In this document: positions 12,492 to 25,170 of the stretch, piece by piece
Numbering within the stretch: position 1 is the stretch's first letter
Layout: every line of letters begins with the position of its first letter
Source: Phoronis australis
Lineage: Eukaryota > Animalia > Phoronida
NCBI GenBank assembly: GCA_002633005.1
Contig: NMRA01000130.1
Coordinates: 62,001 to 126,000 of the forward strand
Direction: 5' to 3'
DNA length: 64,000 bases
Notes under the pieces: generated by a model
The model's database searches: none
Told to the model about the DNA's origin: nothing
Seen by the model: only the letters and a program-made list of their open reading frames with translations
Translations under genes and position numbers: made by a program

Positions 12492-13463
12492 CAAACAGTA
12501 CAAGAAGTGACACCAAAGTTGATAAAAAGATTGATCTTTTGTAACCAACGTTTTAAAAATAGAGATAACATTTTGAGTGGAACCACTTTGTGGTATCACT
12601 CAGATATTTAAATACTCTGTTTTGTGTAAAAGGGTCCGATCCTTTTGAACACTTTGTAAGGAATTAAATCGAAAGGTACTCATCATTTGGTGAGGAATTG
12701 TATTTCTGCCCATGCTCATATACGTGAGTGTTACATACGTAAATTAAAAAGTGTAAATTTTTATTAACCTCGTTAGTCAACTCTCGCAAATGTTGGCCGA
12801 AACGGAAATGAAATCTTATCGCGGTAGCTTGGACTGGATGAGCCTGGGCCGATTTTATGAGAATAAAGGGCTCGGCCCAAAAATCGAATTACGCTAATTC
12901 GATTTCCCTTCAAAGATACTCAAAGACGGCAAAACTATGACTTCGTTTAAAAGCCCCCTCTTTTCCGAATAAACGCCCGGGCGTTTATTAGTAATGAATA
13001 CGTGGTGCCGCACCAGCTGACAGTGCCGGATTCGTAGGAGAGAACAAAAGGCAATAGGGGGTCGGCCCGCTGTTCCCGGGGCCCTATAGTCTGCGAGCTC
13101 AACTCAGATCATTCTCAGATATCAATTCAGAGTACTTGAATCTTTTTAACCAGCACTATGAACTTTTTTGAGTATACACACTATAATCTTAAATTTCAAA
13201 TAACAGCGTCACGTCCAAATGTGTCTTCAACTTGATGAAGTTTGGTGCTTTACTTAAAGAAGAATGAACAACCCGGTATGGTTCAGAGTCCCGTTTGTCG
13301 CCTTATCGTGGACCAGCGTCTGGCAAAAGGTAGGAATGTTTTATTATTCAAGAAAAAACAGCTCATTATATTTCTATTTGCAGCGACTTTGTGTTTAATC
13401 GTCGTCCCATCTTGTTGAACGCCAAAGGGTGACACCCGTAGCGTTTCAAAGCTTGCTCAATGA

Positions 13464-13604
13464 CTACTATTAAAATCTTGGTCTATTTACACCCATCTCT
13501 TGTCTATTTACACTGTTACGATGTTTCGGTTGGTCTATTTTCAGGCCATCGTCAGGTGTTCCCGCGTTCTTAGAAGAACGAGCACGGATATGCGGTACAC
13601 TCAT
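13464..13604 (-). ncRNA. Hammerhead-ribozyme-bearing 3' part of a retrozyme/SINE-like element (copy A)
   Basis: Minus strand reads ACAC-CTGACGA-TGGCCTGAAAATAGACCAACC-GAAA-CATCG-TA-ACAGTGT (core 13555-13517). Aligns over >120 bp with the inverted copy at 15414-15580. Confidence 0.65.
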
Positions 13605-15298
13605 AGACCCTATTCACGCGGCGGCCATTAAGATCCAAAGCGAGGCTCACTGCGATAAACAAAGCGAAAGTAGACATTGCGTGAGTTAAATAGCCGGTCT
13701 TTCGAGTCCAACCTGGATATTAAATTTTAACGATGTGTCGACAATTAACTACAGAGACGTAGAAAATTACATTAGAGAACAAGTTAACGCGCCAAAGAGT
13801 TGTCTGACGAAAGGGTTTATTATTTTTCGGAAAACTAGGTTCGAAACATGAAAAGTAAATATGACAAAAATTGCGGCGATCGTAGTGTTACGGATTAGGT
13901 ATTATGCTGAATGCAGAGTTACGTTTTTTCTTGTAAATTGTTGATCAAAATACTTCCGACGCGGGCCAGGTCATCTGCTCGTATTGTTGACGAGTTGAAG
14001 ACATATTCGACAGTGGTGTCTGTCATGTGCAGTCACATCTGGTTTAATTTGTTGATCAAGAACATTAACATCAAGCATAGCCTGATCCTATGCACTCACT
14101 GGGACTAACAGTTGATTTGTCATTGGTCTGAAAGAATAATTGATGTTATTAAATATATTTTTATTAAAATAAAAAACCAGGTTCATAATTGAAAATAAAA
14201 ATTATTTGACCATCAATGCTTTCTTGGTTGTAATAATTCTTACGTCTATTTCATGTGTTAGATTTCAAATATCAATCTGGACCAAGTTGAATTTTAAAAT
14301 TAAAATACCTGATTCGTTCGTCCAAAACATAACATCGTTTTAGAACTCAATTTCAGTTAACTGGACAATGCAATCATAGTTATCATGTTTCTGCAGAAGC
14401 CTCTTTCATCCGAGGGGAACGGTGCCAGTGCCTACCGAGAGGCGATTTTTTCGCCGAGTGAGGGCGGGAACAATCTACCTCCCGATCACCATCAATAGCA
14501 CCCCCGCCCTATTGCAAGCTCTCATAGGCTCTGCCTCAATTTAAAGTAGCCTTTTGTGCTCTTAAAAATTGTCACCTGTGTGGTTACAGGTGATGTGAAC
14601 TAGTGGAATTTTTATCAGTGCCTCGTGGGGGGAATTTCGCGTGATATTTCAATATGTTTGAGAGGGGAATAGGGCCGATATTGGGTCACAAATTTGAGGG
14701 ATTGAGGGCTAAGTCCTTTTTGGAAAGAAAAATTATAATGTTTCAACCCGTAGCAGGGGCGGATCCAGGTTTTTCAGTTAGGGGGGGCAGGGCACAGGAA
14801 TAAGCAGCATTTCGGCAGATGCGCGCGCCCAGCCTAAACTCTGGGATGCAGGGGTCTACATGTATGCGTTGTTTATTCACTCCCCAAGACCCGCCCTGGT
14901 TGCGCACGTGTGCTAGTCAGAAATTCGCACCCGAACTCAAAAATGGGATCTGATACAATTTTAGTAGTCATGAAAACACAGCCTGGCTGGCCCATTCTCC
15001 GGTCGTTACTATGATGCTTAACAACTGACCGACAAACATGCGACAAAATATGATCTAACTTTTCGAAAACATTTATAAATTTTACACGGACATATTTTCC
15101 TTCGTCGCGGCAACGACCCAACGCTTTCGAATTTCAACGTCTTTAGAGATTGTGAAGCAGACAGTTGCGTGTCCGTATTTTTTCTAGCCGTTGGCGGAAC
15201 AACACGGTCTGAAACACAGAACTATGCTGATAAGCTGACAGAGCTATCGTAGCGAGCCTCGTTTTGGAATGCGCCTCCTGTCGGCGTGAATAGGGTCT
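13605..15298 (-). mobile_element. Degenerate ISL2EU/PIF-Harbinger-type DNA transposon with THAP remnant
   Basis: Perfect inverted ends AGACCCTATTCACGC / GCGTGAATAGGGTCT flanked by AT on both sides. Minus strand ~15155-15090 reads FTISKDVEIRKRWVVA/(frameshift)RDEGKY, which is THAP-like. Confidence 0.75.
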
Positions 15299-15300
15299 AT

Positions 15301-15370
15301 GGTGTTAATTTTTGTCCGAGGCAGGATTTGTACCCACGACTTCTGAAACTATAGATAATTTGAGTCTAGA
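15301..15370 (-). mobile_element. tRNA-like head (B-box half) of retrozyme/SINE copy A
   Basis: Minus strand TAGACTCAAATTATC...GGTACAAATCCTGCCTCGGA. Becomes contiguous with 13604 when the transposon is removed. Confidence 0.6.
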
Positions 15371-15580
15371 CTCCGTGGTGTAGTGGTTAAGGTGCTGGAT
15401 TCAAATTATCCACCATATCCGTGCTAGTTCTCCTAAGAACGTGGGAACACTTGACGATGGCCGGAGAATAGACCGACTGAAACGTCGTGAAAGTGTAGAC
15501 AAGAGGTCGGTGTAAATAGACAAGAGGTCGGTGTAAATAGACCAAGAGGTCGGTGTAAATAAACCAAGAGATTTTAATGA
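15371..15580 (+). ncRNA. tRNA-headed element with hammerhead core (retrozyme/SINE copy B)
   Basis: A box TGGTGTAGTGG at 15376-15386. Core TTGACGA (15451-15457), GGCCGG/CCGACT stem II, then GAAA-CGTCG-TG. The tail has three ~21 bp TAGACAAGAGGTCGGTGTAAA repeats. Confidence 0.65.
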
Positions 15581-16400
15581 TAGTTGTAACACGCCACCAC
15601 CTCAGAGCGGTATTAGAAATTCCTTGCTCAAAGAGTTTGCATTCCCATGCTTTATAACTGTCCTGCATTACGAGACCCCATCACACCTAACAAACCAGAG
15701 TCCGCAAAACACCCACCTAGCGCATCTCATGCAGAGTGGCGATATGAGAAACACATTATGCCACCAGGTGCATTTCGTGAAGAGTAATAAGGTTTTGGCT
15801 CTGTCCCACGGGAAGGATTCCTCTCTGCATGAAGTGTTCTGCGGCACTGGTGAGTCTTCATAACACATATAAATGTCCTCAAGAGTTTGTCTTAATGCCA
15901 TTAGTTCCATTGTCACACATTGTCTCCAAAATGACATGTTTACAATCCAATTGACAAGCATGATAATTACAAATCTCGAATTACTACAGAGCGTAATTAA
16001 CAAACATAATTGCAATTAGAACAGTGTTCATGAGCACCTATTTATAAATATGATGGTACATAAGTCTAGACTCTCACAAAGTATGACAGTATATATCAAG
16101 ATATTCCAGGTTTTTAATAACAGCACAGAAGACAAATTTGTACAGGATAAAAACTGCATAAAAATGTCATAAAATGACCCATTAGGGCTTAACAAAACGT
16201 ACAAATCTATACAAACACTTAGTCTGCACATTAAAATAACTTTTAGAACTGCAGAGAAGGGACTCACAACTTAAAATTAAATATCTTACAATTTTGCTAA
16301 AGCAGTCATAGATAATATGGACAACTTCTGCTTGATCATGATGCAATGGGAGCACAGTGAAATACAACTAGCAGACGACATCACAAATCAGACTGCACTG

Positions 16401-16565
16401 TTAGCAGACGACATTGCTAGCAGACGACATTGCAAGCAGAGGACATTGCTAGCAGACGACATTGCTAGCAGACGACATTGCTAGCAGACGACATTGCTAG
16501 CAGACGACATTGCTAGCAGACGACATTGCTAGCAGACGACATTGCTAGCAGACGACATTGCTAGC
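16401..16565. repeat. 16 bp minisatellite (CTAGCAGACGACATTG)n, ~10 copies
   Basis: Near-perfect tandem array, with an extra partial unit at ~16368. Confidence 0.95.
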
Positions 16566-18719
16566 CCACAAAATTGCTAGCAATGTTGTTTGCCAACAGG
16601 ATGTCACTAGGCATCAGCAAAGGATTTTAATATTTACCAGCTAAAGGAGTTCCCTAATGAAGAATACAAACAATATTCAGAACACATTTGACTTTATATA
16701 GTATCTTCTATTAGTATGTGTTGCTCACTTTTATAGTCCTACCTATGTACAAATAAACAACAGGTGAGCTATGCCCCGATCACAATCGAGGAAACCCATG
16801 TGGCCACTTGCATGAAACAGTCTAAAATAAGGATTGTACTGAGTTCCTTAAAAGCTTTTCTGCACATCCCTGTTTGTTTACTGAAAATATTACTTTTTTC
16901 TATTTTATTTTTAAAAAATGACATTTTTCAAATTGTAATAAACCCAAAAACTAATCCGTCATTTCATTAAAAGGATACTAAATGCTGTTTTAATGATTTC
17001 AACCAGTCTTCATTCTGTCACCTGCTAATGCATCACATACAGCACCTAAATGTTGTAGTTCCAAATAAAGACAGGAATCAACTAAAAACTCTTACCCTAT
17101 CTCACAGATAGGACATCAGGTCTTTAGTGGGTGGTCTTTTCCCAGTTATGGCGAGTTCCCTAAAAACATAGATCACCCTTGCCAGTTTAGGAGACCTGAC
17201 AGGAGTTTTCAAATTTTCTTCCAAACTTTCAGGATTCTTGATGGTTACAGAGAATGATTTTGTTTCAGATTATTGGATGGGAAAGTCATTTTTTGTATTT
17301 ATTAATATGCCAATACCGGGTTTGGTAGCCTATTGTTTCAGTTTTGAGAATTCAACATAGATAGATGACTCTTATTGCACGCCAAAGCTAAAAATTGACT
17401 TAATATGAAGGGACTGTTTCATGCAACCAGCCACTGCATATCACAAAGAGCACTGCCCTTTTGGTTCCATTATCCCCTGCACATTAACTGTTACACAATT
17501 TATCAATAGCAATACTGGATTGAGGTAACTGCGGCCAGCCCAGAGCTTTATTACCACCCACAGACCATTGGTAAGAATTTTGTTTCTTATTCAGAGCAAA
17601 TAAAAGCATTTTCATCAGCCTCAAATCAGTCCCAACTTAACAGACAGAATCGAATCTACATTGACCACAGTATTTATGCTACTCACAGGATAGAATGTCC
17701 CACAGAGAATTTGATAGTGCATGTAAGTGTTGTGATCATACCACATCTTGTTAGCACACAAAAGAGCATAAAGTTGAATTCTATTTCGGTAAAAGCTCTC
17801 ACTAAAAACAAATGCTAAGAGTGCTGCAATGTTAGTAAGTATGCATTTCACACATAATACAAGTTTTGGCAAAATTTTAGTCAGAGATTTAAAAATATGA
17901 AAAAGGAAACATCAAAATAACAGAGTTGGCCATAGTGGCACTAACAATATCAGGGGGTGGAAACAATTCCTTACCTGCACCTCCAAACTCCAGCTACCAT
18001 GCCTTAAACGCCAGTCCTGGACCATCAAACATCAAACCTGCGGTACAAGTCCCTTATCACTCCCACACTCCAGGACTGGACTTTGATATCAGGTATGGAG
18101 AATTTTCAGTGCACGTGTGGAGTTAAACGGCACAGATATGGACTTTGTACTGCGGGTTTGGTGTTTGCTAGAATGCGACTGGGGTGAAGCGGATCGAACC
18201 TAGAATTTAGAGGTGCAGTCATGAAATTGTTTCCACCCCTGAATATGATCCACGCATGTCAAAAGCGCGCTGGCACTTCTCAAAGACAAATGGGGAGGGG
18301 GGTTTATGGGCAGGACCAAAAAGAAAAAACAACACCACCTTTTTAGTAGTTAAGACAACACTTTTCCATGACATATCTTGTAGAGCGCCCCCTTGTGACA
18401 TTTTAGTGTTTTTCTAAATGATCCTGAATCACAATAACACATACCTCTACATAGAACACTTATGTATTGTATGATGGCGATTGAAAACTCTCAAGTCTTT
18501 ACAAAATAAAAAATAAACCCTCACAAATACGTTCACAACAGTTCCACAGTCGTGGAAAGCATATATCATGGAAGATGTCCCCATCAACAGCGACTTGGCA
18601 TCTATTTATATTCACAACATCTCCCGCCAATCACTGAGCTGGGCTCAATCTTTGTTGAGCAAATTTGGCTATTTACACACTGGCAACATTTTTGCTGGTA
18701 GCTCCATCTTTTGGCAATA

Positions 18720-18958
18720 TTAACATACAGCACTGTTATCGTTATGATGAAACGCCGAGTCCAAGTCATTGTAATAGTCATGATTTGACTTGTTCTTTCC
18801 ATTTGCTTGAAGTTTTGAATTATTTGACGGATTGCTCGGGATACAGTCAAAATATTCAGGATTATTCATCGCCATGGTAATTTCAGTCTGTTGTGGTTTG
18901 TCACGTATGTTTTCATAATCTGGTAGGGATTTTTGCTTCGATTTGAAGTCCTCCATTT
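18720..18958 (-). CDS. EGFR: EGFR last coding exon (C-tail)
   Basis: TTTTTTTCAG acceptor; EMEDF...DYEN...NNPEYF...DYYN...NSAVC stop. Confidence 0.9.
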
Positions 18959-20078
18959 CTGAAAAAAATACACAAATCTCTTAAGAGATGTCACAATCAC
19001 GGGACAGTGACTACTTCTAGAACAAAAGTAGCAATGACTGATGCAAGTTAACGTTATGGAACTTCCTACTACGAAATAGAAACTGTCTTCAATTTTGGCT
19101 CCCTCTATTGGTCCTACTACACATCAACCCCAAGAAGAAGATCAACTGAGAGGGTGTCGTAATTTCCCAGTAGAAAGGATACGATGGTTGTGCAATGTCA
19201 AAATAATACATGAAAGTAGCTCCACAAGACAAGTACATTCATACTTTGCATGGGTCCCCCACGTGAGTGAATGTCAACCAACAAAATGATAAACGTCCAA
19301 CATCCAACACGAACGATCCGTAGCCTTTCCAATTCACTGACAATGATGAAAAGGATTTTAGAGTCACTAAGTGTCAGTATGCTACACCAGTGTTTTACGA
19401 TCGAGGCTACACACTGTGACAGGAAATAGGCCAATATTGATCAAACGCTCCCATGACAGAGGTAGAAAATGCACCTAATGACTGATCTGCTTTTCAAAAT
19501 ATCAGGCACTTCCGAGTTAATTGACACTACACTGCATATCCAGCAACGACATTTGCTTTTTTGTCTATTTCTTAAAATCAGCATTGCAACTCAGAATGCG
19601 GTAATAAATGTTTGCCTGCATTCCAATGATGCAATAGATTTGTATGTGAAGAAGCAATACAAGTGTTTGTCATGTGTTGCATTGTGGGTTAATACCTTAG
19701 ACTGAGACTGGTGTCTTTTTCAGGACGGGCCTACTGCCACACCTTGAAATACAACAGCGCCCCCTGTGATTCTGTGACATTTACCCACAATGCAATGTAG
19801 AACACTCATTCTTCAGTTGTATGTCGCTACTTTATATTAAAGTTGGCTAAAATTTACCATTCTAATACTGGTTAAATTTTACTGTTGAACTTTGAGTTGC
19901 AGTGCTGACATAAAAAATTGATAAGCTGGGTGGGGCGCAATAAATAATTGACTTCCGATCTGCCTCAGTTCAGATACGTTCGGCAGCTTAACCTTTTGAA
20001 TGCTAGGTCAACCGTACAAAGCACTTTTTCTATCTTTGCAAACGATAGTAAAATTCTGAATATGATTAAATCACTAAC

Positions 20079-20225
20079 CTATATTTTCGCTGTCATCAAC
20101 ATCTATGTACTGTGGACATTGTGACCGCGGCTGTAGATAATCATCCTCGTCAACAGCAAGAGGGACAGGAGGGGCATACGGCAAGTTAAACGTGTCCTCC
20201 ACCAGTGGCATGGCCTCCTCAGACA
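20079..20225 (-). CDS. EGFR: EGFR C-tail exon
   Basis: AG/GT flanks, phase 1-1; VSEEAMP...VDEDDYLQPRSQCPQYIDVD. Confidence 0.88.
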
Positions 20226-21321
20226 CTGAAAGCAATGTAGAGACTACACTCACCCATTAATCGAAGAGAAACTCAGATCCTCGTAAGTCATGACGGTAAA
20301 ACTAAAGTCTGACAATAGGACTCGCGTGTTGCCCTCATCCCATGAACAATACATGATGACCAACCGCTTTATGCTCTCAAGCTAGTCAAATGATAAGAAC
20401 GTCCTCTCCTCATTAGCGCCGTAAACGTATACATTTTGTCAGATGGCTGTAGAGCCCATCATATTGTTAGACAGATGCGTTTACTTGTGTACAATCATGT
20501 AACTCAATTCACACTACAAATTCTTGACTTACAGCTCAAGTGAACGTGACTGATAAGCTTTGTCAAGCGAATTGTGACTGGGGAAATACCAATTTTATCT
20601 ATTGAGTAAATGTGTCATACTTAAAAGAAGTGTTAGGAACAGGCAAATACCACACACAGCGCGGAACTATCATAATGACCAAACAGCCTTAAGACAGCAC
20701 GATTATCTCCCAATGATTTCTATCGCTAATATCGGACCATAGTAAGTGTACCCTTAAAGGTGGCTGATCACGTTCATAGCCTGGCTAAATATAGCAAGTC
20801 ACCCATTAAGCAAAATTTAAGTTCCATTGCAGAAGTAGTGAATCATTTTGTGATTGATCAGGCCACAACATTTTCAAAGACAAAGAAACTTTATTTTTTA
20901 TTTTTTTCTGCAGATTTCGACTACTGCATTTGCATGGTAAGTTCAATTCATGGGGTCTCGCACTTGTGCACAAATTTCAGTTAACAAGTTCTCGGCAACT
21001 TATTAGGCAAAAGCTATAACCAGTCCCAGCAGGTGGAAATGATTCTACAATCGCGCATCTAAAATTCAAGCTTTGATCCTTTAAACCTCATCCCCAAACC
21101 AGCAGACAACAGACTGACCCACAGTGCTATTTTCCTACCCATGCCCCTGAAAACACTGCACGTTTTGAGACCAAACTCCCTATCTAAGGAATAACCTCCA
21201 GACCTGAGTTTGTTGATCTGGGACTGGGGTTTAGGGGATTGTAGAGGCGAGGCCATGGAATGGTTTCCACATATTACGCAATTGTGCAACCTCTATCAAA
21301 CAATTTAACTTCAGCTAACAC

Positions 21322-21445
21322 TTTTCACTTAACGCTTTTCACTTAACGCTTTTCACTTAATGCTTTTCACTTAACGCTTTTCACTTAACGCTTTTCACTT
21401 AATGCTTTTCACTTAACGCTTTTCACTTAACGCTTTTCACTTAAC
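21322..21445. repeat. 14 bp minisatellite (CTTTTCACTTAAYG)n, ~9 copies
   Basis: Tandem array abutting the donor of exon 21450-21657. Confidence 0.95.
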
Positions 21446-21449
21446 ATAC

Positions 21450-21657
21450 CTTCTTCGCCTTCCCTTACACTTGACAACACGTGTCTCCCCAGGGGATCAG
21501 AGGAGTACCGTGAATGAAGACTGTCCACACGGTCCCTCCCCAAACGATTATCATTTTTAGCCGCAGCTGCTGCTTCTAAGGCACCATATTTTTTGTCCCT
21601 TTTTGGGTAATAATGATTGTTAGCCCCGCTCGCTGCCTCTTCTTCGAGAAGAGGTTT
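21450..21657 (-). CDS. EGFR: EGFR C-tail exon
   Basis: AG/GTATGT flanks; KPLLEEE...HSRYSSDPLG...EGEE. Confidence 0.9.
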
Positions 21658-22911
21658 CTGAAAAGATAGACGAGATAGAAGTATAACAACAGTAACCTAT
21701 TTTTTAGTCTTCTGCTTGTACATTTTGTAAACAAGCCCCAGAAACTTTAACGCATCCATTTCTACATTTCGAATTTTCTAGAACTTTTTGATTCAGTGAT
21801 AATGCTGAAACAAGAATGAACGCTTAGTGCTCTTTTTGGAATAAATGACATATTATTCATCAAATAATTGAATTTTAATTGTAGCAAAATACCACGTATA
21901 TTATGAGTGAGTGCATGGCGTGTGTGAGAAAACAGAAAATAACAAAATAATGAACATGACACCGTAAAATGTAACCAATTTAGGACAAAAGCAATTGCTG
22001 AAATTGTGATTTCTTGAAAAGCTTAAGACCTTGTAGCGAAATCAATGCACCCAGCTTTTAAAAATATTGTTTAATGGTAGCTATGATATAGGGCTCGAAA
22101 GTGGTGACGTGTTATTTTGGTGCAACATGTTTTTATGAACAAATGAAATATCGCTTGTCTGGCATATTGCATCCTAGATTGGTGAGTATCGTATGGAATA
22201 CAGAGAAACATCCATTCCTTTGGAAATCAGTCTTGTATTTAGTAGCTTTAAGCAAACATTGATCCCACTAAGAGATATTGATCTGGAATCAAACACATCT
22301 AGGCAGTAGTTATAAATCACTGTAATTTGGCAGTAATCTTTCTTGTATAAGTATTTCATTGAAAACACGACTTCGATCTGTTTTAACTAGTTTAATCTTT
22401 CCAACTCTCTAAATAGAGATCTTGTCTTTACATCACAACAGTGCAACAAAAATCCAAACGACATCAGTAGGTAATATATTTTAAAAAGCGATATTTCGAG
22501 ACACATATCTCATCTTCAGGTTATTATTTCCAACTAGTTCATAGGGAAACGCACATCAGAAATGACAAATGCAATTTTATATAACATGTGAAGTTGGCAT
22601 GCGCAACTATGACGATAAAAACATATATAAATATACATACGTTGCTGTGCAACATAATCTATAGATCACCGAAATAAAGAAAGAGTCCTTCGAGTTCCAG
22701 TTAGCTGCTCGTTCAAACTGAGTTTTTCAAACATTATTAGAAGCGACTCTAATGTTCGTAACCTGTGTACATCATTTTCAGTGTATCTCATGACTGTATT
22801 GTTTTCGGCACATATTGTGTTGGAGCAATTTTAGCGCTGGCACACACAATTTTTACACGACTTTGTGCAAGACAAACATTCTGAATCCCGACACTGTTCA
22901 GCAGATCTTAC

Positions 22912-23133
22912 CTTACTCATGGACCCTCCGCCATATCTGTTTGGACTGAATGGTGACGTTGGCGACGGTGGAAATGAAGACATGGCTGATGACTCTCCCC
23001 TGTTGTACTCAGACGGCTGTAGGTACTCGTCGCCTGTAACGACTTCCTCAGGTCCGTCTGTCGCCACACTAAGACTTCGCATGATGTCATGGGCATCATA
23101 CGACTGGCTAGGCAGCCGCATCAGACGATCACC
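22912..23133 (-). CDS. EGFR: EGFR post-kinase exon
   Basis: GDRLMRLPS...VTGDEYLQP...SMSK, then GTAAGA donor. Confidence 0.93.
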
Positions 23134-23606
23134 CTACAATGACACGTGACAATAAGAGATGTAGGATCAGCTGGATGCCATAAAATCTCCCCAATCTCCG
23201 AATAAACACCAGCAAACAGTTGACTTTATCATGTTCAAAGCCTTCCAACATTGTGCAGATTGACCACAATTTCCCAAAATGTTGTCTGGTGGCAGCTGTG
23301 GTAACAAAATTTGAAAATGACTAAACATTGGAATGGTTCTACTTTTCTGTTATGAAAGAAAAAATATAATGAGAATGGTAGCGTTAATGACACCCAAGAT
23401 TTACAACCATTCGCAAAATTCAAAATTCTATGACATCACGTGGACTAGTTAACCCCTCCAAATGCAAAATCTTTAAGGAATCAACATTGACAGCTACCAG
23501 TCTGTGTAGAAATGCCCCTAAGAGCTTTTGGTTAAATTGTTCATTCAAGTATGACAAGCAAAGAAAATCTGGACAAGGACAGCATTATGAATATCAGAAA
23601 ACAAAC

Positions 23607-23704
23607 CTGTATGACTAGATAACGACCAGGATCACGAGACATTTTTGTGAACTCGTCGGCCAATTCTGCAAAGGATGGTCGGCTGTCAGCATCCAACATC
23701 CAAC
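23607..23704 (-). CDS. EGFR: EGFR kinase C-lobe end exon
   Basis: [33 protein letters not shown]. Confidence 0.96.
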
Positions 23705-23979
23705 CTGAAAACACACACCCAAGATAATGAATCAAAACCGTTCATTGACACCATTTCGCATTCAAAAATAACCGCACCAACCAATGAGTTATTCTATTGT
23801 GGCGCTTATAAGCATAGAACGGCAATTAAATACCGCAATAAGTTGCTCTCAAGTTATTTCTTGTTGATACCAACATATGAAAGCTGCCAATCACACCATA
23901 CTCAACCACCATTAGAATCTTTTTGTGTCACACAAAACAGTGGCACTAAAAACTGCTATTTCATTACACCATTAGGGAT

Positions 23980-24821
23980 AGTTCGGGGAAACTCAGACGG
24001 CGGTAAAATTCGGACAAGTCTAAATAAATGTCAAATATAGTAACAATCAAGATGCCTTACTACTAAATGAAAAGACTATTCATTTCTTTGAACAATAGTA
24101 GGAATTTATTTATCACCTTACTTGAATTACAACAAAGTTTCAACACACATGATGCATGTTCAGCATCTTATGTCGCTCTGCCGTCTGCTTCGCGTGGTGA
24201 TTTCAAAAGTGAGCAGTAGGTACACTGTCTTTTCCAAGTATTGTTTAGATCACTTGGTCAGTTGTCATGTAAATGAACTTGAATTTACTTGATGCATAAT
24301 TCATCACTATGCAGTTTTATGTGTTAATTCCAATAGAAAAACTTACGAAAAAGCATGATTTAATCAAAAACTGATGTCCGAATTTCCCCTCCAACTTTTT
24401 GTATGCTGCACGGAAATTCGGACACCCATGTTTTTATTTTTAGGCTACTAGACACTTTTCATGGCATTTTCTTGAGAGATTTTCGTAATCACGTGATGAC
24501 CTCCAGTGTTAAGAGGTCAATCCAAAACTTAATTTGTCAACAACAATGGCGCTGTTTACCACATGGGCTGCACACAAATTGGTAAGGGCGGACGTACTTT
24601 TACGTTGTTTATGTGGCCAGGACCAGACGACTTCTTAACTTTTATTATTTGTCTCATGACAAGACTGCTAAATAATACCTGAATTCATTTTTAGAAATCA
24701 TTAAAGTACTATTGTATATTTTGTCCGAGTTTTACCAATTCAGAATTTGCTGGTCCGAATTTCCCCGACACTCCGTCCGACTTTCCCCACCCGCATTCGA
24801 ATTTCCCCGATTTTGACCATA
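23980..24821. mobile_element. Degenerate TIR element (MITE-like) in kinase intron
   Basis: TCGGGGAAA.TC.GA motifs at left, with inverted TCCGAATTTCCCC motifs repeated at 24376, 24754 and 24797. Exact ends uncertain. Confidence 0.5.
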
Positions 24822-25170
24822 GTTATTATTCTTAAAATTCGAAGGCATTGAAACTGAACTAGTAACAAAGAATCTCATTGGTTGGTTTCTCAAAAGATTC
24901 GCGGCTATCCCATAACTCGTCCAATGTTATTAGCTGACACATAAACCTTCAGTAGCAGTAGAGCTCACAGTTCCAAGTATCATTGAAAAAATGCCACACA
25001 GATTTTGTTAGTAAATTTCACGCTACAAAGAAAGGTATTTTCCTGTGTTCTTTGTCTCTTATATCACTTTTAATATCACGCGTGAAAAGAAAGTTGAGCC
25101 GTGATCAAACAATGACCATACCTGTGACAGGTCTTACTGATAACGAGTTAAAAAATGGTTTGATACTCAC

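Noticed and set aside
15497-16565. CRISPR-like arrays
   Set aside because: These are contiguous tandem repeats without unique spacers, in a eukaryotic context.
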